A stretch of DNA of 32,000 nucleotides, from positions 840,001 through 872,000 of the forward strand of contig OW818668.1 in the NCBI GenBank assembly GCA_942493105.1, in the 5' to 3' direction. Position numbers and translations under genes: made by a program. Below, piece after piece: positions 1 through 7,196 of this stretch. Below the pieces are notes generated by a model, which made no database searches, had not been told where the DNA came from, and worked only from the letters and a program-made list of their open reading frames with translations. The stretch is from an uncultured Erysipelotrichaceae bacterium. Lineage in GTDB: Bacteria; Bacillota_I; Bacilli_A; Erysipelotrichales; Erysipelotrichaceae. Position 1 is the stretch's first letter. The number at the start of each line of letters is the position of its first letter.

Positions 1-1
1 A

Positions 2-1084
2 CAAGTCGGCGTTACCCTAGATCAAGCGATTATTAGTGAACTTAAGACAGAAGGCGCAACCTTAGCAGAAGCGGGTTCTTCCAAGCAAATAACCTATACT
101 GTCTTACCTAATCGTTCACTCAACACAAGCATAGAAGCCACAGTCAAGAATTTTGAGATGGATCCCATCACACTTAATGGTGTACGTATGTCCTTAGGAT
201 TTGATGTGGATACATCGTCGCTTAAATCAGAATTGACTCAACTCAGTGATGCGATTGCTCAGTTGGATGATGGGGCACTAGAGCTTCAAAAAGGCATCAA
301 GGCATTGTCTAATGGATTCAATGATTACGTCTTAGGTGTTGCGCAATTTGATGCTGGATTGGCTCAATTGGTACTCAGTGGCGAAGCTTTGAAACAAGGT
401 GCAGCTGCACTTAGTACAAACCTTAATCTTCTTACCCAACAGAACCAACAGTTGTTATATGGGGCTTTAGCCATTCAACAAGCGACATTTGATGCGGTAA
501 ACACCAATCTGGCAGGATATGGTTTACCTACTTTGACTCCAGCAAATTACACACAGGTTCTTGATGCAATGCCATCCTTGGCAGCAGTTAAAGCACAGCT
601 TGATGGAGCAGTTCAATTTACACAAGGACTAAGTGATTATCTGGATGGTGTTGTGTTGTTGGCACTTGGTGCAGAGGACTTATCCAATGGACTTAACCAA
701 TACCAAGCAGCCAATAAATTATTGGCTCAATCTTCAAACCAACTCTATTTAGCTGCCCAAAAACTGAATACTGCGTTGAAACAGGTAAAAAGTGGTCTTG
801 CTGAATACACAAAAGGTACTGGACAACTTCATGATGAAACTCAGGACTTGGATACCACTTTAGAAAATGCTATTGAAGATATGATCAGTGACTTTACAGG
901 CAATGGAGATCCTGTTTTATCCTTTGTGTCTGAAAAGAATACAGCCATCTCAGCGGTACAGTTTGTATTAAAGACAGAATCAATCCAAGCTCCTAAGGCA
1001 GAAGAACCGGTAGAGCCGCTTCCAATTAAGCGTAATTTCTGGGAAAAACTTTGGGATCTTTTCTCGGGTTTGTTTAAATCCTAA
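2..1084 (+). CDS. 3' part of a YhgE/Pip-like heptad-repeat (X-X-X-Leu-X-X-Gly type) protein; the 5' end lies outside the window
   Basis: The frame of ORF 158..1084 stays open back to nt 2, so the listed Met is probably internal. Repeated Leu/Gly/Ala/Gln-rich segments (LDDGALELQKGIKALSNGFNDYVLGV, LVLSGEALKQGAAALSTNLN, LALGAEDLSNGLNQYQAANK) resemble YhgE/Pip-domain proteins. A hairpin plus T-run follows. Confidence 0.55.
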   Translation, partial: QVGVTLDQAIISELKTEGATLAEAGSSKQITYTVLPNRSLNTSIEATVKNFEMDPITLNGVRMSLGFDVDTSSLKSELTQLSDAIAQLDDGALELQKGIKALSNGFNDYVLGVAQFDAGLAQLVLSGEALKQGAAALSTNLNLLTQQNQQLLYGALAIQQATFDAVNTNLAGYGLPTLTPANYTQVLDAMPSLAAVKAQLDGAVQFTQGLSDYLDGVVLLALGAEDLSNGLNQYQAANKLLAQSSNQLYLAAQKLNTALKQVKSGLAEYTKGTGQLHDETQDLDTTLENAIEDMISDFTGNGDPVLSFVSEKNTAISAVQFVLKTESIQAPKAEEPVEPLPIKRNFWEKLWDLFSGLFKS

Positions 1085-1105
1085 CGATGTGATGTTGATA
1101 TTAGT

Positions 1106-1137
1106 GAACGTTCTGGGACAATCCAGAACGTTTTTTA
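1106..1137 (+). terminator. Rho-independent terminator
   Basis: GAACGTTCTGG / loop GACAAT / CCAGAACGTT followed by TTTTTT, 22 nt after the stop at 1084. Confidence 0.75.
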
Positions 1138-1252
1138 ATGAAATGGACGATTAAGTGAGTAAGGTGTATATTGAAGGTGATGGAAGTTGTTTAGCTTAAT
1201 AGATTAAATATACATATTTCATTTCTGATTGGTAAAACAAAGGAGGATTGAA

Positions 1253-1645
1253 ATGAAAACGATCATTAAGGATATCTTGGTTGGTTTTTTGGTTGTGGTT
1301 ATGATTATTTTATGTGAGTTTATCGTAACGATACCTTTTGGTTTGCCTAACTTTACCAGTCAAGCCGATTACATTGAGTTCATGAGTCGTGAATTCTTGC
1401 TTACCGCATTGCCGGCGCTATTTGTTACCTATGGTTTTGCTTGGTTACTTAAATCCAAGACAATGAAAGCAGCTGTTCAAAGAAGCATCATTTGGACATC
1501 TATGGTTCTCTTAAATTTCGTGATAATTGGTTTAGGAAATAATAATTTAAAGGAAATATTTAGAACATTAGGGATTTATGTCTTATTGGTTTGTACTTTT
1601 AGTGGTCCCATTATTTATTTAAAGTTAACTGCAAAGAAAATGTAA
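1253..1645 (+). CDS. Hypothetical small multi-pass membrane protein
   Basis: ATG at 1253 lies 6 nt after AGGAGG (1241-1246). The listed TTG at 1229 has no RBS. There are four hydrophobic segments and no motif I recognise. Confidence 0.6.
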   Translation: MKTIIKDILVGFLVVVMIILCEFIVTIPFGLPNFTSQADYIEFMSREFLLTALPALFVTYGFAWLLKSKTMKAAVQRSIIWTSMVLLNFVIIGLGNNNLKEIFRTLGIYVLLVCTFSGPIIYLKLTAKKM

Positions 1646-1754
1646 ATGATATCCATCTAAAGAGTATTTATCATCATCCCATGATAAAGAAGCGTCTTGC
1701 GATAATACTTATAAAAGCAATTTATCAAATATCGATAAATATCAATATATATAG

Positions 1755-1783
1755 TTGACATCTCTTTCTAATGTGCCTATAAT
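1755..1783 (+). promoter_or_regulatory. Sigma-A-type promoter for the permease/thioredoxin-like pair
   Basis: TTGACA (1755-1760), a 17-nt spacer, then TATAAT (1778-1783). It is flanked by ATATATAG boxes (see findings). Confidence 0.6.
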
Positions 1784-1819
1784 TCAATATATAGATGAAT
1801 GTCTATATATGGAGGTGTC

Positions 1820-2827
1820 ATGCAGATCTTTGGTTGGTTAAATGATAGTTTCTTAAAAATGACTTGGCTCAATGATTTAATGCGTTTGATTATTGAGAAA
1901 GTTTTTGGACTAGATAGTACAGGACAATTAGGCGCTAGCCTTCAGTTCTTTATGTATGACACCATTAAGATATTTATCTTATTATCGGTCTTGATTTTCA
2001 CAGTATCTTACATTCAAAGTTATTTCCCACCAGAACGTACTCGCAAGATTCTTGGAAAATACAATGGGTTATCAGCGAATATCTTTGGGGCATTGTTGGG
2101 AACCATTACACCATTTTGTTCATGTTCATCCATTCCGTTATTTATTGGATTCACCTCTGCGGGTTTACCTATTGGAGTAACCTTTTCATTTTTGATTTCT
2201 TCTCCTTTGGTTGATTTAGCTTCTGTTATTTTATTGGCCAGTATCTTTAATTGGAAGATTGCCATTGCTTATGTCATAGTTGGAGTCATTTTGGCTGTCA
2301 TCAGTGGAACCATCATTTCAAAGTTACACATGGAAGATCAAGTAGAATCTTTTGTATTTAGAAAATCGGATTTGCCTGAAATGGAATTGGATCCTTTAAC
2401 ACGTAAAGAACGGTTTCAATTCGCAGGTGATGCTGTAAAAGAAATCGTTCATAAAGTATGGATCTATGTCTTGATTGGAGTTGGAATAGGGGCATTGATT
2501 CACAATGTCGTTCCTGAAAGCATGATCACAGCCGTTTTAGGTGCTGACAAATGGTATTCTGTACCTTTGGCGACACTGGTTGGTGTACCGATGTATGCAG
2601 ACATCTTTGGAACTTTGCCTGTAGCAGAAGCTTTGGTTACTAAAGGCGTTGGAATCGGAACCGCATTATCATTTATGATGGCAGTTACAGCCCTGTCTTT
2701 ACCAAGTATTGTTATGTTAAAGAAAGTCATTAAAAATAAATTACTGATTGTCTTTGTGAGTATTGTGGTTATTGGAATCATGATTATCGGTTTCTTGTTT
2801 AATGCCTTTGGGATGTATTTATTGTAA
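1820..2827 (+). CDS. COG0701/ArsP-like permease (two-repeat membrane permease with a conserved cysteine motif)
   Basis: ATG at 1820 follows GGAGG (1811-1815). It is polytopic and has the family-typical ITPFCSCSSIPLFIGF motif. It is paired with a small redox-active thioredoxin-fold protein, as is usual for this family. Confidence 0.8.
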   Translation: MQIFGWLNDSFLKMTWLNDLMRLIIEKVFGLDSTGQLGASLQFFMYDTIKIFILLSVLIFTVSYIQSYFPPERTRKILGKYNGLSANIFGALLGTITPFCSCSSIPLFIGFTSAGLPIGVTFSFLISSPLVDLASVILLASIFNWKIAIAYVIVGVILAVISGTIISKLHMEDQVESFVFRKSDLPEMELDPLTRKERFQFAGDAVKEIVHKVWIYVLIGVGIGALIHNVVPESMITAVLGADKWYSVPLATLVGVPMYADIFGTLPVAEALVTKGVGIGTALSFMMAVTALSLPSIVMLKKVIKNKLLIVFVSIVVIGIMIIGFLFNAFGMYLL

Positions 2828-2859
2828 TTGGTTAATTTGAAAAAGAAAGAGAGAATAAT

Positions 2860-3108
2860 ATGATCATCAAAATCTTAGGTTCAGGCTGTGCTAACTGTGT
2901 CAGGTTAGAATTAAATGCAAAAGAAGCTGTGAAAAAACTAGGCATAGAAGCTGAGTTTATAAAAGTCACTGATTTTAAAGATATCATGGCCTACAATATT
3001 ATGAGTACTCCAGGTTTGGTTGTTGATGAAAAGGTCCTGTCTTATGGCAAAGTTTTAGCACCAGATACAATCAAAAATCTGATTCAAACCAATATCCTTT
3101 ACCAATAA
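2860..3108 (+). CDS. Small thioredoxin-fold protein (redox-active disulfide protein 2 type)
   Basis: 82 aa. N-terminal IKILGSGCANC CxxC motif, and a TPGLVVDEKVLSYGKV cis-Pro region typical of this glutaredoxin-like family. RBS is GAGAGAA. Confidence 0.8.
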   Translation: MIIKILGSGCANCVRLELNAKEAVKKLGIEAEFIKVTDFKDIMAYNIMSTPGLVVDEKVLSYGKVLAPDTIKNLIQTNILYQ

Positions 3109-3252
3109 AATATACATTAGAATTTAGGTGAAAGCATTACAAGATGTTTTATTGATTGCACTAAAACAAGATGCTTAAGGATTTAATAGGATTGTTTGCT
3201 TCACCCTAACTTGATTATTGATTCTAAATAGGGTACGATTTGTAGGCTAGAG

Positions 3253-3282
3253 AAAAGCAGGGTCTTAAGGCTTTGCTTTTTT
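3253..3282 (+). terminator. Rho-independent terminator (or leader attenuator) just upstream of tex
   Basis: AAAGCAGGG / 8-nt loop / CTTTGCTTT (two G-U pairs) running into a T-tract. It ends about 20 nt before the tex start codon. Confidence 0.55.
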
Positions 3283-3301
3283 AATCTCTCAAGAGGACAC
3301 T

Positions 3302-5443
3302 ATGGAAAAACTTGTCAAACCAATTGCAGCAACACTCAACATCAGTACAGCTCAAGTAAAAAATACACTCGATCTTTTATCGGATGGAAATACGATTCCT
3401 TTCATTGCACGTTATCGTAAAGAAGTAACCAAAGGTTTAGATGAAGAACAAATCAGATACATCGATGAACAATATCAATATCAAAAGAACCTGGCTAAAC
3501 GTAAAGAAGATGTGAAACGCCTGATTGAAACACAAGGTAAACTAACTCCTGAATTAATTTCTCAAATCGATGCCTGTGAAACACTTGCGACTGTTGAAGA
3601 TATTTATCGTCCTTATCAGCAAAAACGTAAGACCAGAGCGACTGACGCGATCGCTAAAGGACTTAAGCCATTGGCTGAGTGGATTTTAACTTGTCCTAAA
3701 AAAGGAAGTATTGAAGAAGAAGCCAAGAAGTATCTTACTGACCAAGTCATTACGATTGAAGATGCCATACAAGGAGCTAAAGATATCCTTGCTGAAATGA
3801 TCAGTGATGATGCGAAGTTAAGAAAACTTATTAGAGATATGATCTTATCTGAAGCTAAAATCGTCGTTAAAAAAATGAAGAATGCTCAAGATGAAGAGAA
3901 AACATATCGCTCGTATTATGAATACACTGAAAGATGCAGTTCTATGGCTCCTCATCGAATCATGGCCATCAATCGTGGAGAACGTGAAAAGATCTTGGAT
4001 GTCAGTATGGAATATAACTGTGAACGTTTCGCAAAATATCAATACAATAAATTGACCAACAATCAAGAATCAATTGTTAATGAATTGATCAATGAAGCCA
4101 TCAAAGATGGGTTAAAGAGACTTGTTTATCCTTCTCTAGAAAGAGAAATCAGATCTGGTTTAACTGAAAGAGCTCAGGAAAAATCAATCGATGTTTTTTC
4201 ATCGAATCTTGAACGATTATTGTCTCAAGCTCCTATGAAAGGTTCAATCATCTTAGGACTTGATCCAGCGTATCGTACAGGTTGTAAATTAGCGGTTATC
4301 GATAACACAGGAAAGCTTCTGCAAGTCTCTGTGATTTATCCTCATCCTCCTGTCAACAAGAAAACAGAAGCCATCCAACAAACCATAGACTTGATTACGA
4401 AGTATCAAGTTAATTTGATTGCGATTGGAAATGGAACAGCGAGTCGTGAATCAGAAGCCTTCATTGCGGAAATATTGAGAACGAATCCACATATTAATGC
4501 TCGATACGCAATCGTATCTGAAGCAGGAGCTTCTGTATACAGTGCAGGTGATTTAGCCCGAGAAGAATTTCCTGATTTACACGTTGAAGAAAGATCAGCA
4601 GTTTCTATAGCCCGTCGTCTTTTAGATCCTTTGTCAGAACTCATCAAGATCGATCCTAAAAGTATCGGTGTAGGACAGTATCAACATGATCTTGCTCCAG
4701 CCAGAATGCAAGAACGATTGGATTTTGCGGTCATCAAAACCGTCAATCGAATTGGGACAGATGTGAATACAGCCAGTGAAGAATTATTGCGTCATATTGC
4801 CGGATTGAATAAAAGTGTCGCAAAATCAATTGTTGCGTACCGCAATGAAAATGGTTACTTTAAAAGCAGAGCACAATTAACAAAAGTGAAAGGTCTTGGT
4901 GACAAAGCTTATCAGCAAGCAGCAGGTTTTCTTCGTTTGCCTTTGGCTAAAGAAGAACTCGATCGGACTGCGATCCATCCTGAAAGTTATGTTCTTACAC
5001 GACAAATCATGCGTGAGCTGGGTATTCAGTCACTTAGCGATGAAAATCGCGGATTGGCTATTTCTAATGCCCATCCTGAAGCATTAGCTCAACGTTTAAA
5101 TGCAGATATATATACAGTAAAAGACATCCTGAGTGTTCTAGAAACTCCGTTTAGAGACTATCGTGATCGATTTGATGGACCTTTATTACACAAAGACATC
5201 GTTAAGATCGAAGACTTAAAAGTTGGCTTAATGCTTGAAGGAACGGTTAGAAATGTGACTGACTTTGGTGCCTTTGTGGATATTGGATTAAAAAATGATG
5301 GCTTAGTACATATATCTAAGTTAAGCAAAGATCGCATCAGTTCTCCAAATGAAAAAGTTGCGGTTGGAGACATTGTCAACGTCACTGTAATTGAGATCGA
5401 TCTAGAACGTCATAAAGTATCATTAAGTATGCTTGATCAGTAA
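3302..5443 (+). CDS. tex: Tex transcription accessory protein (YqgF/RuvC-like, HhH and C-terminal S1 domains)
   Basis: 713 aa. N-terminal NTIPFIARYRKE signature, YqgF-like core (GLDPAYRTGCKLAVID), and a C-terminal S1 domain (GTVRNVTDFGAFVDIGLKNDGLVHISK). Confidence 0.95.
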   Translation: MEKLVKPIAATLNISTAQVKNTLDLLSDGNTIPFIARYRKEVTKGLDEEQIRYIDEQYQYQKNLAKRKEDVKRLIETQGKLTPELISQIDACETLATVEDIYRPYQQKRKTRATDAIAKGLKPLAEWILTCPKKGSIEEEAKKYLTDQVITIEDAIQGAKDILAEMISDDAKLRKLIRDMILSEAKIVVKKMKNAQDEEKTYRSYYEYTERCSSMAPHRIMAINRGEREKILDVSMEYNCERFAKYQYNKLTNNQESIVNELINEAIKDGLKRLVYPSLEREIRSGLTERAQEKSIDVFSSNLERLLSQAPMKGSIILGLDPAYRTGCKLAVIDNTGKLLQVSVIYPHPPVNKKTEAIQQTIDLITKYQVNLIAIGNGTASRESEAFIAEILRTNPHINARYAIVSEAGASVYSAGDLAREEFPDLHVEERSAVSIARRLLDPLSELIKIDPKSIGVGQYQHDLAPARMQERLDFAVIKTVNRIGTDVNTASEELLRHIAGLNKSVAKSIVAYRNENGYFKSRAQLTKVKGLGDKAYQQAAGFLRLPLAKEELDRTAIHPESYVLTRQIMRELGIQSLSDENRGLAISNAHPEALAQRLNADIYTVKDILSVLETPFRDYRDRFDGPLLHKDIVKIEDLKVGLMLEGTVRNVTDFGAFVDIGLKNDGLVHISKLSKDRISSPNEKVAVGDIVNVTVIEIDLERHKVSLSMLDQ

Positions 5444-5679
5444 ACAAAATCAACTAAAAACCATCGCATTGTATTTGTTATCATGACTCCTTATAATGAA
5501 GTTAGTGGAAACGTACTCACTATGAGTACCATAGAGATAAACTGTTCCTGTATCGAAAAAATTAAGACAGACTGATGACTTGATTATTAGGGATAAGTAA
5601 TTTTGAGAATTGATGTATAATAAAGCCCTAGAGTGAACTGTTGTTTGAATTATCCGATTGATTCACTTAGATAGGAATA

Positions 5680-6441
5680 ATGATCAAAAACGAAAATCTT
5701 AGAAAGCTTATTAGAATTGGGGCAGTCATTGCTTTGGTTTTCTCGTTGTATTTTTTTGCTGCAGAAGCTCTCAGTTACTTAAGTCATCAACAAGAGTTAA
5801 AAAATCTTCAAGATATTCGTGATGAAGTGTCAGAAGATATCATCGATACAAGTGGAGAAGTTAAAGAAGATACCTCAGACATCATGGGATCGATCCAATA
5901 TTACACAAAACTCAAGCTACAAAATGACGCCTATATTGGTTGGATCTATATGCCCAAGCTTAAGATTGATTATCCTATGGTCTTAGCTCCAAATAATGAA
6001 TATTATCTCAATCGTAGCTTTTATAAAACCTACAATAAGTATGGAACAATCTTCGCAGATTACAGAAATGTAGGGGTCTATGATGATGCTCATTTGATCA
6101 TATATGGACATCATATGAAGAGTGGTAACATGTTCAGTCGTCTTGATGATTTAAGGCAAAAACGCAACTACGAACCAAATAAGATCATCGAGATCTATAC
6201 AAAAGACGGACTTAAAAAATACATTATTTTTTCAATTTACGCGGTAGATGCGAAGAAAACCACATTTGATCTGCCCTATACAGGAGATATCCAAAATTTA
6301 CTAACAAGTTATGCAGAAAAATCTCTATATGCAACAAATGTAGATACATCTGAAGCTACCCATGTATTAACCTTGGTCACATGTACTTTAGCAGTAACCA
6401 ATGGCAGGCTTATTGTTCATGCGATACCTTATGAAGAATAA
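5680..6441 (+). CDS. srtB: Class B sortase
   Basis: N-terminal membrane anchor. Class-B-type NDAYIGWIYMPKLKIDYPMV...YYLNRSF...YGTIFADYRN block, catalytic His (IIYGHHM), Cys (LTLVTCT) and Arg (NGRLIVHA). Confidence 0.85.
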   Translation: MIKNENLRKLIRIGAVIALVFSLYFFAAEALSYLSHQQELKNLQDIRDEVSEDIIDTSGEVKEDTSDIMGSIQYYTKLKLQNDAYIGWIYMPKLKIDYPMVLAPNNEYYLNRSFYKTYNKYGTIFADYRNVGVYDDAHLIIYGHHMKSGNMFSRLDDLRQKRNYEPNKIIEIYTKDGLKKYIIFSIYAVDAKKTTFDLPYTGDIQNLLTSYAEKSLYATNVDTSEATHVLTLVTCTLAVTNGRLIVHAIPYEE

Positions 6442-6510
6442 GCATAGTTATTCAAAACAATTATTTAATTTGAAGTGTTCAAGATGATGACACTCAAAAA
6501 ATTATGATCC

Positions 6511-6549
6511 AAATACCTCTTATCCCATAAAGTGTAATGAGGTATTTTT
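6511..6549 (+). terminator. Probable terminator after srtB
   Basis: AAATACCTC ... GAGGTATTT 9-bp stem followed by T's. The 19-nt loop is large, so confidence is moderate. Confidence 0.45.
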
Positions 6550-6893
6550 AATCCATAGGGAGTCAACGCTACAGATTTAACATATTGTCTGTGTGAAGAG
6601 GTTTGCTATTGAAATTTGCAGTACAAATTAGGTGAAATTAATCCTTAAAATATCATGTTAATACTTAAGAAAATATTATGTGAATGCTATGTGAACTTAG
6701 TTTAAAGCAGTTAATAATCATGGAAAGTGCTATGATGTGGCCATGAGGTACTAATGAAAAACCTAAAAGAAATTTCTAAAATACGAAATTGAAAACAATG
6801 AACACAGAAGACAAAATTGTGATCAAAGCTTAAAAATCTATACATGAAGCATCTGCTGAAATCGAAGACTCTACCAATCAGTTGAAAGGTAAG

Positions 6894-7052
6894 ATGAAAC
6901 AGGTTGAAGGCAAGATTAAAATGGACATTAGCAAGAAAACTGACAATCCAAAACTGCAGGCAGAAGGATTAGCTGAAAAAGTATCTGGTGTTGCACAAGA
7001 AGTTAAAGGCAAAATTCAAGAATCCATCGTAGTCGTTAAACACAATTTTTAA
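6894..7052 (+). CDS. CsbD-family small stress protein (short form; the upstream in-frame extension from 6798 is broken by TAA at 6831)
   Basis: Translation is MKQVEGKIKMDISKKTDNPKLQAEGLAEKVSGVAQEVKGKIQESIVVVKHNF, which has the CsbD pattern (KGK..GK....D.KL.AEG...K.G..QE.KGK). GAAAGG lies 4 nt upstream of the ATG. It falls below the ORF-track length cut-off. Confidence 0.5.
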   Translation: MKQVEGKIKMDISKKTDNPKLQAEGLAEKVSGVAQEVKGKIQESIVVVKHNF

Positions 7053-7196
7053 TAAATAATCACGCATAGAAAATATTAACATAGAGTTCAATTACTCCTC
7101 TATAAAAAGCAATCCTAGATAGTTCCTACTATTCGGGCGCTTTTAGATTTTTAATACTAATAGCGTTTCTGAATACAGAAAGTTGAGGAACCCTTC

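Noticed and set aside
2020-2781. Antisense or alternative-frame ORFs nested in well-supported genes: 2020..2265, 2500..2781, 3845..4066, 4405..4647, 4896..5087, 5158..5385, 12443..12857, 13578..13913, 16998..17458, 18968..19153, 19619..19967, 20394..21054, 22161..22463, 24056..24520, 25127..25327, 28047..28373, 28835..29434
   Set aside because: All lie entirely inside, or mostly overlap, longer ORFs with clear family signatures. They lack RBS and start context and have odd amino-acid composition. I treated them as non-coding shadows.
6700-6727. A sigma-B-type promoter (GTTTAA ... GGGTAT) in front of the CsbD-like gene
   Set aside because: GTTTAA is present, but the best -10 candidate is GGAAAG at 16-nt spacing. 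Both sequence and spacing are off the consensus as I remember it, so the evidence is too weak to annotate.
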